A program made the translations under genes and the position numbers. Below are positions 1 to 11,969 of a DNA stretch of 64,000 nt, piece after piece. The notes under the pieces were generated by a model, which worked only from the letters and a program-made list of their open reading frames with translations, was not told the DNA's origin and ran no database searches. Every line of letters starts with the position of its first letter. Positions within the stretch are counted from its first letter, which is position 1. This DNA comes from Daphnia carinata (taxonomy: Eukaryota): NCBI RefSeq assembly GCF_022539665.2, contig NC_081333.1:7688001-7752000 (forward strand), given 5' to 3'.

Positions 1-2066
1 GACGCAACACACACACACACACAATGACCGTCAACTTACACGAAGAAAAAAAAAAAAAAAAGTCGAGTTGTTCTGGAACACATTCAACACGGCGGCAACA
101 AAACAACAGAGAAGCCAAAAAAAAAAAAAAAATGAGTCAAAAAAACCAAAATAAACGAAGAAACGGGAAAATATGGAGGGCAAGAAAGAGAGAGGCAGAA
201 GGGGGGGGGGGGGTCTCGTGTGTTTCTTCGTCTGCTGGTCTCTTTTTTTGTTTTTTTTTTGTTTTCCTTGTACATGTAAAATGCGGGCGCGGACCGAGAA
301 AGGGAAGTACTTAACCGTCATTACATCTGGCCTTGGGAACAAATAAAAAGGAAGAAAAAAAAAAAAGAGAATATGATTTTCGACGAAGAAGAAGTGGAGG
401 AGGAAGAAAACACGGCGCGTCGTTCAGAGGAGATTGTGTTCGCTCTCCCTTCCTGCCTTGTGTCCATTTTTGTTTTTCGTGTTAGAACGTCATTCGAAAA
501 ACCTCTTGGCTTCGCCCCCCCCCCCACCCTTATTTCCAGGTATTTTTACGGCGTTCGATTGTCGCGCCGTCATAAAAATCAGGAAGAAAAAGAAACGAAA
601 AAAGATAAACAGAAAATAACGTTTGCCAGTGGAGAGCAAATGAAGAAAAAAGAAAAACCAAACCCTAACCTTGGCTCGTTTCTCTCTTCGTTCGTTTCGT
701 AAAAAAAAAAGAAAGAAAGAAATGATATTACACACGACGTGGTGGACACACACACACACACACAAAATATAATACCTCTATTTGGTTATCCTTTTTTTTT
801 TCGAAAATATTGACGAAGCGTCGTAGTTTGTATGTTTTTTTTTCTAGCTAGAAATCCTCGATTTCTTTAAATGTTATGCCGAACTATTTTTTTTTTTTTT
901 TAGGGGAGAAAAAAAAATCGAATTCAAAAATCGTTTGAAAAAAAAAAAAAACTCCGGTGAAAACGACACGTGTAACCTTCTGACGACTTGACATTTGATG
1001 GAGTTTCTTGCATTTCTCGAAATAAACAGGACAAGAAAAAAAAAAAAAAAAAGAGACAAGACGTGATGACGACAGTGTGACGATGTTTCCTTGTGGGAAG
1101 GTTAGCCGTTTAGGCAATTCAAAATTCGCGGCGGGAAGTCCGACATCTGTCAATCATCTTCCCTCCCCATGAAAAACCAACTAACCCCTCAGTCAATCCA
1201 CCCCTCGTATGTGTTTTTTTTTCTTTTCTATTATTACAAAAAAAAAAAAATAAAAAAAAAATGGAAATGTTTTAAATATAAAAAAGGAAACACGGGAGGG
1301 GGGGGGGCAGTTCTCTCTCATCTTTGTAGGAAAAAAAAAAATCGAATCTCGTCAAGTGAAGAACGAAAATGTGTGGAGCGAACAAAACTGATGGGACCCA
1401 AACACAACAGATGACACCGACAATGGGACAAGAATGAAAGAGGGGGGGGGGGCATGGGGCGTAGTCGGAACTTTAAAAAAAAAAAAAAAAAATCAAGCCG
1501 AGGGAAAATTGCCCGTCTCACTGTCACGTACGTAGAGGGACGGCCCGATTCCGTGTTTGTCGGCAGACCCCCCCCCCCCCCCCCATATTGAATACAAATC
1601 AATCGACTTCGCCATCCACACACACACACACACATATACACACCCCTAACGCCCCTCTCCTCCACTTCTTCTATTCAATTTGAACGATAAAGTCAAAATC
1701 GCTGAAAGAAACTAAGCGATTCTTGCCGGATGATTTGAAATTCCCGCTGACACTAGGGGGAATTTTCTTTTTTTTTTTTGAAAAAAAAAAAAAAAAGATT
1801 CACAAGTGGGTCGGTTCCATGTCCACAAAAAAAGATACAAGTGTCGCAAGAAAAAAAAAAAAAAAAAAAAAAGCGAGTGGTGATGGAAGAAATGGTGGGT
1901 TGGGAATCAATTGATAGGCAAACACAAAAGTTTTCGATCCTTCAAAACATCGTTGCTTTCCATATTTTCCCAAACTACTCCGGCGATACGGGTATCGAAA
2001 AATAAAGAAAGAAAGAAAGTGATGTGACGTGAAGATGAGAATAAAAATGTGATGTCGGTACAGTAC

Positions 2067-2185
2067 CTTCGACTAAGGAGCTGAGTAGAGTGATGTTGGC
2101 CGCCTTCCGACGCCCCGCCGGCAGACTCAGTCCTATCCGCTCCAGACTCTCGCGCAACTCACGTCCACCGTTCTTCGATTTGGCT
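2067..2185 (-). CDS. TfAP-2: AP-2 basic region exon ([41 protein letters not shown]); gene continues past window start
   Basis: Acceptor ttttatag|A GCC AAA, donor GAA G|GTACTG, 119 nt, phase 2 to 1; matches AP-2 consensus RAKSKNGGR...[20 protein letters not shown]. The following EAVHLARDF-type exon was not found in 1-2066. Confidence 0.97.
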
Positions 2186-3890
2186 CTATAAAAGAGAGAG
2201 AGAGAGAGGGATGTATAAATATTTAATGCGTATAAATGTGATAAAAACGTTTCTAAAGATTTCACAGCAAAAAAAAAAAAAAGGGGAAATAAAAATAGCC
2301 GAGAGCAATAAGGAATATACGATCAACATCAAAACTCTAATCGCATTAAACTCTGATATTTTTCTCTCTTTGCCGCCTTTAACGTTTGGCGTGTTATGGA
2401 TTTGATTTTTTCATACATAGAAAAGGAGAGCTCGCAATCTGTGAAACTGCAATCAGCGGTACTTTTTCGTCCTTCTTTTTTTTTTTTTTTTTTTTTTTTT
2501 TTTGTGTCCAAGCTTTTTAAAAGGAAAAGCTGATGACCACTACCAAACACCCACAACCAAACCACCATCTCAGCTATAAATATTTTTCTTCACTATTTTA
2601 CTCGTTTTTATGACTCTATACCATTCCATATGCATTCATGATGCTACTAAAGGGGGGGGGGGGCGGGTAGGTGGTAGTGAGGTGCTATAATCAAGAGCCA
2701 TCAGGTCAGAGAAAAAAAGAGAAGAAAATCGCCGTTTAAGCCACCCCGTTTTTTTTTTTGTTTTTTTTTTTTCCTTTTCTAAAGAAAAAGATTTGAGACT
2801 CTTTAATGTGCACTGAAGATATGTGTACACACGTTGGTTAAATTATTCAAAAGAGCCCTAACCAGACATTGTACATACATTTCAAGTGGGTAGGTAGAAA
2901 GAACAGACAGAGAAAGATAAATAAGCCAAGGAGCCTTCATTAGCGATAATCAAAAGAGTTTTCTTTTTTTTTTTTTTTTTTTCTTTCGGTAGGCGTTGCT
3001 TCGTCGTCCATCTCCTTCCATTTGGCTTCAAAATGAATGGAGAGAGATTGGGGGGGGGGGGTTCGGTAGTAACGCAAACGCACCGACGTTCGACCAACTC
3101 CTTTGCGATCGTTTCGTGATACGAGAGAGAGAGAGAGAGAGAGAAAAGAAAGGGAGAAATCATTGCCATTATGGTAGTCGTTTTCATAAGCAATGCTGCA
3201 CAAAATGTCGTGTCGTCGCGTCGTGAGTTTTTTTTTTTCTTTTTCAAAAGTTATTCCGAGCCTCCCGCAAGACGGCCATGACGCAAGCGCAGCATTTTCC
3301 TATCGACTGTTTAAAAGACTAGTTTCTCATTGACTGGACACGCAGACTCCGCCCCCTTGGCGATACATTGTACAACATGAAAAGCCCAGTCAGTTGTTTG
3401 TTTGTTTTTTTTTTACTGCAATTTTCTTTAAGATAATCGACAAAAATGATTCTCTAACGTTTAGCAGCACACCCCAGGGTGAGCGATGTATATAAAAAAA
3501 AAGGGGGGGGGGGAGGAAATAAAAAAAAAAAAAAAAAAAAAACACGCCCTTAAATATCTGTGACGTGATGATTTCATCCGGATAAAAGGTCCGGAGAGAG
3601 CAAAAAAAAAAAAAAAAAAAAGGGTCAGGTGATTGAATCAAATCCCTGACAAACAATCGATCAGACTCTCCCTACACACTTCCACTAAACACTGGTTAGT
3701 AAAAAGATGGGGCAAAAAAAAAAAAAAAAAAAAAATATATGAAAAATGAAATAAAACGGGGGATAATCAATAGGACCCCCCGCCATCATCGAGAAGGCGA
3801 AAATGAGGGCGGAGTTGGGGAATCCATTGCCTTGGCAAACACCACCGGAATTGAATCAAGAGTCCCCGACACACATTGCAAGTGTGTGTG

Positions 3891-3922
<32 letters not shown>

Positions 3923-3983
3923 CTCTTTTTTTTTTTTTTTCATTTACTTGAATCGAGAAACACGGACCAAACCGGAACAGAAA

Positions 3984-4011
3984 GGGGGGGGGGGGGGGGG
4001 GGGGGGGGGGG
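3984..4011 (+). repeat. G28 homopolymer (G-quadruplex-capable)
   Basis: Uninterrupted G run in the 8 kb intron; exact length may be affected by sequencing error. Confidence 0.85.
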
Positions 4012-4559
4012 AGGACAAAAAAAAACATAAACAGGCGACATAGAAAAAGACGACACATTTTCTAGCTGCTATTAACAAAACAGCGCTGTGGGCCATTGAA
4101 AACCAAAAAAAAAATATGTGGATAAAATTTCGAATAGCGTAAGAATGTACCCCCATAAACGTATGAAATGTTAAGTGGGTACTTGCTAACACTTGCGCAA
4201 TTTAAACAGCGATTTTTTTTTTCAGGCCTTTAAAAAAAAAAAAAAAAATCAAATGAAACCCCGATGCAGATAAAAAAATCTTTATGACGCGTCCTCACGG
4301 ATAAAAATTACGGGTAAAATAACATGTGGCTAATGCGATTGAAAATGTAATCGTTTCTCAATGAGTTTTTCGAAAAGAGATTTGTCGATAACGTGAAAGT
4401 GGACTTCGTCGGCGTTGTCCGGGAATATTAAAAACTGGCGCTGCCAAACGTAACAGATGCTAACCTCCCTAATCGATTTCATCAACTCTTCTGTTGCGCA
4501 GTAACGAACGCCCTCAGTACGGAGGGACTCTGTAAATAAAAAAAAAAAACGGCCAAACC

Positions 4560-4590
<31 letters not shown>

Positions 4591-4719
4591 TAGTTCCACA
4601 AAACTAAAAAATTATGCATGATTACGAGGCCCGAAAACGGAAAGTGTGAATTATTAATGTTTAAGATGAGGTGAGTGGGCGAGGAGTTGTTAGTAATCAA
4701 CGTTACCGAAAATAAAACA

Positions 4720-4756
<37 letters not shown>

Positions 4757-4954
4757 GGTGAGATTTAAAAAAAGAAAAGAATAAAGAATGAAACTTTTGG
4801 GTGCCTTTAACGCTTTATATTCTCTATCCAATTGGAACCAGCCGAGTTCACTAGTAAACCATCGCGTGAGAGTAGCCCATCTCTGTCGATGAAGCTGGCG
4901 GAGGCTATTAGCGCTGTTTCCTTCCACCCACCCGAAGAAAAAGTTCGATGTAAC

Positions 4955-5008
4955 GCTGCTGCTGCTGCTGCTGCTGCTACTACTACTACTACCACCACCA
5001 CCACCACC
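4955..5008. repeat. Compound trinucleotide microsatellite (GCT)n(ACT)n(ACC)n
   Basis: Direct observation; intronic; gives spurious poly-Ala/Thr/Ser/Val ORFs. Confidence 0.95.
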
Positions 5009-7152
5009 AGCACACTTGTATTGTAATAAATAGCCTCTCTCCTTCTGTCTATTTTCATCGTGAATATTCATAAGGCTTCTACAACGGGCGAGCTACCCAG
5101 TTTCGGAGGGCGCCTTCAGACTCAATTTTTGTTTTTGTTTTTTCTTGCAATTCTTTACCTACTGTGTGATGTTGTAGAGAGGTACAACACACACAGTTTT
5201 TTTTCCAATGTTTGCGTTATAGCGGGGCAAAGAGTCAGCGTGTGAGAAGTTCGACTGCAGTTAATACGAAACGGACGGGGGGGGGGGGGGACTTTCTAAC
5301 CGCAACAAATGCCAACCGTAAAAAAAGAGGTAAGGGAGAGAAAATAATCGAAGAGGATCATGCAAAACTGTGCCTCTTTTTTTTTTCTTTTTCTTTTTTA
5401 AAAAGGGAGGTACAATACGTAGGATGTTGCGTAATTAGGCTGTTAAAGAATAGCAGAAGACGCTACGAAAAATGATGACCAAAACAGAAAAGAGGGGGAG
5501 ACTATCTTTCCATCATCTAAACCCAACGTTTCGTAAGGGGGTTGGAAGGGAATAAAAAGAAGGAAGAGAAAGATGAGCAAGTCGTTTAAGGGATGATGGG
5601 TAACATTGTCTCACTCCCGACGGCATCGTGCACGTCTTAACGCGATGAGAGCTGCCGAGCGGCCCGAACGTGTTCAGCGTTTCAAATGCGTATCATTCGT
5701 TAAGCAGACGGTTGAGGTTAAAAACGGGTGTTGGTCAGAGCCCGCATGTTCTCTTTAACGTTCGTGCAGAATAAGGAGAAAGACTACCATGTTCCATGGA
5801 GATCGTAGGGCAAGGTAATTGTTACACTAAAAAAAAAAAAAAAAAAAAAAAAAAACTGGACAGAACTGCAACATCAAATTTTTTTTTTTTTTTTTTCTTC
5901 TTGCTTTCGACGTGGCTCGTCCAATGTCCGTTTCTCGGGAAGAGAATTTATGGAAATTGGCCGAAACGGTCGGCAGAAGGGCGAGAATTTCGGGAATTGG
6001 CACGACCGCACAGAGCTACCACTTTTCTCTGAACTCAAAGAGTTATTTCCCTTTCTTGTATCTCCACCACCAAAAAAAGATCATTACACAGGCTAAAAAA
6101 AAAAAAAAATAAGAAGCACGAGCAGCAAAAAAAAAAGAAAAAGGGGCAGTTCGTTACGTGTGTGCGTTGTGCGCCAGACGAAAGGGCCTTGTAATACCGC
6201 AACGTTTAAATTGAAGACGGGATCCGACGTCGCGAAATCCCGAAAAAAAAAACTACCACCTCCCTACTCATCATTCTTTTCGTTCTCTCATCTCACACTC
6301 CCCTCCCCTCCACTCTTGTACAAAATGGTAGCATCGAAAAGAAAACATTGGTAATGAATACCAACCGAGTTTTCCTTTTTCCTAGTAAACACCACTACTT
6401 TTTCAGCGTCTCATTAACGGCAAAAAGCTTTTTCGCCGTTCTTTTCCCGACTTGCCGAATAGAAATGACCACATTTCCCACTTGGTCTACTACTTATTTA
6501 TTATTTTTTTTTTTTCTATTTCTCTTTCTTCGTATGAGCTCTCTCAGTACGAAAAAAAAAAAACCCGCCCGAACCCCTCATTTTCAAGCCCTGAGCACCA
6601 CCAATTTTGTTCTTCCTTTTTTCTTTTTTTTTTTTTGCGGGCCCCGAACTCCAAGGTGCATTCGATCCATCACAAACGCATTCATTTTTACACATTGACC
6701 ATCAGCCGTTGTTTTTTTTTTTTTTTTTTTCTTCTTCCTGATGATAAGGCTTATGACGGCAACATAAAAAATAAATAAAAAAAAGCGAGTTTCAAAGAAA
6801 AAGAAAAAAAAAAAAAAAAAGATAATCATTCTCAAGAAAGAGAAAGAAAAAAAAAAGAGAGTGGAAGAAGAAGAAAAATATACAGCCAGTCTGTCAGTTC
6901 GCTCTGATTGCCAGGTGATTTGTGAGCCGTTGGGATGGATCCAGTTCTACTAGTAAATATATCTTTATGTTGTATTTTTTTTTTTACTCCGTTCCAGACA
7001 CGCACTCTTGAACCCCCCTCTTCTTTTTTAAACTCAAATCGGCAAAACAACCAAGTCAGGTTGTATATATTTTTTTCTCTCTCTCTCTCTCAATTGATCT
7101 TCCAAGCCCGTAAAACATCAAAGCGCAAAATGGGATAGATATTAAAGAGACC

Positions 7153-7187
<35 letters not shown>

Positions 7188-8484
7188 CCTATTGCGTAGA
7201 AGAGACGGTTCCATCTATTTTCTTCGGTCTATCTGTCGGCAAAAAGAGAGTCAATCGACCCGTTCGTTCTCTCTCTATATCCATGCATCCATCACCTCCC
7301 CCCCTCCCCCGTACGTTGTTTCTCATCCGATCTAGCTGGAGGCTGTAGAGCAAAATCAATCTCCGCTGGAAGCGCCTAGTCGCCATGGCAACTAAATGCA
7401 ATCCGAAAAGCAAAAACTCGCTCGGTTTGCTCGTCAAGCCATTTCCCCGCCATTTTCTCCATACTCCTACACCCTGGCAAGTCTATCGTTATTCAACATC
7501 TATCTCGCGCGCCAGCGATAAGAGAAGAGCCCGCTCCTCCTTCGATGACATTATAAAAATAGATGAAATAATAATCTTTTTTTTTTAAAGAAAAGATTAT
7601 TATTTCATCTTTTTATACATATATATATGTATAAAAACCTATCTTGTTTTTTTGTGGGCTATTAAAAATGTTTTTCTTAAGGATTCTGATTGGACGATTC
7701 AACGCTGTTTTTTGTTTTTTTAAGGTGTGCTTAGGCTAGTTGGAGAGGAACATGTTTCTTGTCTTGCCAACAAGAAACACAAAATAAGGCCATTCACTGT
7801 CACAGCCAGCTGAGCGAAATGATGAACCAGGCGGCAAATGAAGCAACAGACAAAAACACACACAAACACACACAAACTATGGTGTTCGGTTAAAAAAAAA
7901 GAAAAAAAAGAAAGGGAACCCATCCGTGCCGGAGAGTTTTGGTCGGTCGTCATCGTAATGTTATAACAACAAAAACAACAAGAAAAAAAAAAAAAATAAA
8001 TAAATAGCCGGAGATGATAAGAGACCGTGTAGAAAAAAAAGAAACACAGGGGCGGCCATCAAACGAATCGACAACCCAAACTATTTAACGTTTCCTTCGG
8101 GAAAGAAAAAAAAAAAAATGTTCCCAGCAGCTCTTCGCGTTTTGCATTCTTTCATCACCATCAAAAGATGTAACAAATAAAAACAGACACTTGATTCGAT
8201 TATGGATCAGATTTGGCCGCAAACGTTTTCTCGTAAAAATAAAAAATCAAATCAAATAAATAAATTGCCTCTTTGTAAAAAAAAAAATAATAAAATAAAG
8301 TGAGAGAAAAATCATTCGAATAAAAGAAAAATTGTGTGATAAGAATAGAGGGGACCAGTACGCTAGAGTCTCTATAAAAAAAAAACAACAATGGCATTGG
8401 GGGGGGAAAAAAAAAATTTGTACGAACGGACATGCGTCTTTTCATATGAGGATTACACGATAAAAAATTGCTATTCTTCTTTTC

Positions 8485-8519
<35 letters not shown>

Positions 8520-10276
8520 TTAAACTTGGCGGGCTGTCTTTCTCCTGCTTGGCTCAAGTGGAAGCTGAAGCTATCGACAGATGAGAGAGCAAGAACTCTA
8601 TCGTGGCGCGTGACTCGGCACAGTCTATCCGCTTCTTTTTATTCCTCGATATTTGAAAAAATTCCCGATTTTGATTTTTCTTTTTACTCTTTACATTTGT
8701 CTGTGGTGACGAGGAATTAAAAGGAGGGGAAAAAAAAGACACACTCGCACACGCACAAGATACGCAAGAAAAGAAAAGAAAAGAAAAAAAAAAAACACGG
8801 GAGGGAATGAATCTCGTTATTCCCAACTCTTTTTGTTTGGCTATTGTTTGCAAGCTTTTGTTACATTTCGGGCTGCGCGGACGGGTCGCGGCCCGTCGTT
8901 CTAAAGTGTCCGTACGCACAGTGTGTAATGAAAATGTGTTGGAATGATATTCCAAACTTTTGGGGGCTCCTTCTTCGCGACGAAAAAAAACAAAAAAAAA
9001 CAGCACAGAGACAAGCCGAAAAACCCCTCACGGAACATTTTTAAAGACAAAACAAAAAAAAAGGAGGGATATAGAGGAGCCAAAGAATTCAGATGATTGG
9101 TAAGAAAGAAAAAAAAAAAAAAAAAAAAAAGGGAGCGGGGAAGACAAGAGATAAGAGTGTGACTGGCGCCCCCCCCGACACAACAACAAGACAACAAAAA
9201 CGAAACAAATCTGTTCCGCTGTCGTCTTTTTTTTGTTTTTTTTTGTTTTTTTTGGCTTTTCTTTTCCCGCGTGCTATTCAAGACATCAATAGAACGATCA
9301 ACATAATCGAATCATTTGTTACCGCCCTTCATTCTTTTTCAGAGATTCCCGTTTGTTGCCGCTGTTCTATTCCTGCCACATTTGCCAACACACAAACATG
9401 CACCGAGATAGGTAAAGAAAAAAAAAAAACAAAAAAAAGAAAAGATAAACTTTATTCCAAACTCCACGTGATTCCGGATTCCTTTTTCTGTCATTCCAGT
9501 CCGACTCATTTCAATATCACAAGACAAAGACGGTCGCGGAAAAAAAAAAAAAGAGCAAAAAATTCAATCGAATTGGAGAGAGAGAGAGAGAGAGAAGAAA
9601 AAAAAGAAAAAGGGGGGAATGAGCCAACCCAAATTCCTATACGACGGCAGATTGGAAACGCGAAAAAAAATATCTTAGACTTCGCTACCCGACTGCTTCT
9701 TTACCTTTCAAAGTTATTATTACTTTTGCCTTTCTTTCTCGTTTTTCGAATGAGCAAAGAAAAATACTTATGTTTCCATCCTTTTCAAACTTCTATCCGT
9801 CAAACACAAACGAAGCGACAGGATCATCATTTTTTATTTCATTTCTAAAACCTCCCACCATTTCTTTTTGCCCCTTCCGAGTTTGTTTCGACCCACGCCA
9901 CATCAAGTTGAAGAAAAAAAAAAAAAGCAGCAGCCACCTTTTCTTTTGCGGGCCGACTCCTCCTCCCAGCCCCCCCCCCCTTCTTCATCAAGACGAACGA
10001 AGCGAGCGATCGGACAGACAGCAGCGGTGGCCGTCGTCGTGAGGAATCAGAATAGGGAGGGAAACTGGCAGGCCAATTTGAATGTTGGCCCTTTTTTTTT
10101 TTCTTTCCCACTCGCTGGCTTATTTTTTTTTTTTCAATGTCGTTGCCAAGGCAATCAAAAGGCAAAAGAAGAAGGAGGAGGAGACATATGGACATGTTTC
10201 GAATGAGATACTGTATATGCTAATAGAAACGGAAAGAGAAGGGAAAAAATAATGTGTTGTGTTTTTTTTTTCTTAC

Positions 10277-10448
10277 CTGCGAAGGACTCCGCCGAGAAGG
10301 GAGGCGTTGAGGCATTCGGGCGGTGAGAGGCGTCGCTGGACTTCGCCGACCGTCACCTTGTACTTGGACGTGGACGAAAGGAGAGACAGCCGACCGGGCA
10401 CCGAGCAGAATACGTCCGTCGGGGAAACTGGGCCAGACAGCAACACAT
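10277..10448 (-). CDS. TfAP-2: AP-2 DNA-binding domain exon ([58 protein letters not shown])
   Basis: Near-invariant AP-2 family signature translated by hand; acceptor ccaaag|AT (phase 1), donor CGCAG|GTAAGA (phase 2), 172 nt. Not in the supplied ORF track. Confidence 0.97.
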
Positions 10449-11814
10449 CTTTGGTTTTTTTTAATTATTACGATTCAAACAAAACAAAAAGAGAAAAAAA
10501 AAAAAATGGAAAGAACAGAAAAAAAAAACAAATAAATGAATTAATAAAAAAAAAAAATGAGGAAAAACAAATAGAAATGAAAATAAATAAATAAATAAAT
10601 AAAAAACAAATAGTAGTCAACCGCAATGAGCTGACACGTAATAAAGCACGTCAGGAACAAGTCTTGGCGTGAAACAACAACTACCACTGCGTGCCATAAC
10701 ACGACACGCACCGCCTTTTTGGCATGACCTCCTTGAACTCTCCACACTCTTTTTTTTTTTTTTTTTTTTTATTTAAACCATCGCCCTACGAAGCGCAAGA
10801 GTTCAACAACACTATCCTTTCCTTTAGCGCATTTTTTTTTTTTTAGACTTCCACTTCAAAGAAAATTAGCCAAAAATGACCACCACTTTTACTGTTGTAC
10901 TCGATCTTAATCGCGGAATTCTCTGACCCCCCCCCCTTTTTTTTTTTTTTTTTTTTAGCCTACAAGAGAAGAAAAGAAAAAAAAAAGAGCGGTGGCCAAC
11001 ATCCATTGAAATGAGGGTCATTTATTCTACAAGTGGCTGGCCGCCATTGTATTGCCCACCAAATGCCGCCCGCCCCGCATAAAAAAAGAAATACCCTTTT
11101 TGGAAAGCGGGCAGATAGCATCACTTGCAACGAGATTGACACACGACGCTTTACGTTATTATTACTAGCCCGCCAGGACAAATGATTAGGGGGCTACTCC
11201 CGTCTCATTAAAAAACGTAAAAGAAAAGGAAAAAAAATGTAGACGATCTGATTTTGTTTTCTTTTTTTTCCGTAAAAATGAAATCAAACCGACCGAAACG
11301 TAACAACATTTTTTTCATTTTCCCCTACAAAAGAAAGAATCTGCCAACAAGACAAGTGCTGTCTTTAACTATCTGTCTCACTTAACGTTGAGGCGACTCG
11401 TCTAACGGACGCACTGGAGCGTGCGTCAAGTGCGTAGCGCTGTTGGCTATTACGGACGCCACTACTACCCAAAGACGGGCGATGATCGTAAAAACACACA
11501 CACGCACAGTCACAGTCACATACAAAAAAATTAACGAACCCCGACTAAGTTTTTTTTTTTTTTTTCTCGACCCATTCGCCTTTTTTTTTTTTTTATAACA
11601 AACATCAGATTTCCCGTTTTATAGCCTTTTTTTTTTTTTTTTTTTTTTTAAATTATGATTTCTTTGACAGCAGGTCCCTCTTCAAATCTCGATTTTTTAA
11701 TATCACCGCGTTCTGTTTCTTTGGTAGGCTTTCAAAAGTTCCATTTCGACTATTTCCGAAGATGTTTTTTTTTTGCTTTCACTGGAGATTCGTCGTAACG
11801 TTTAACAAATAACA

Positions 11815-11853
<39 letters not shown>

Positions 11854-11899
11854 ATGTGAATCGCACGTAAATAGCGCGTGATGGCGTTCTTTTGCTTAC

Positions 11900-11969
11900 C
11901 GAATTCTTTTTTGACGATGGACATCTGGTCGGTGGAAATGAAATTCGAATCGCTCTCGACGCTGGGAGT
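11900..11969 (-). CDS. TfAP-2: AP-2 small linker exon (TPSVESDSNFISTDQMSIVKKEF)
   Basis: Acceptor attatttacag|ACT, donor TTCG|GTAAGC, 70 nt, phase 0 to 1, which is exactly what is needed to join 14518 (phase 0) to 10448 (phase 1). DQMSIVKK resembles the vertebrate TFAP2 DQTVIKK linker. Not in the supplied ORF track. Confidence 0.85.

Noticed and set aside
9093..9848. Longest ORF in the track (251 aa, +)
   Set aside because: Poly-K/F and ER runs come from homopolymers and GA repeats; antisense within an AP-2 intron; no recognisable domain.
10259..10594. + strand ORFs over the GC-rich block
   Set aside because: Shadow of the minus-strand DNA-binding exon.
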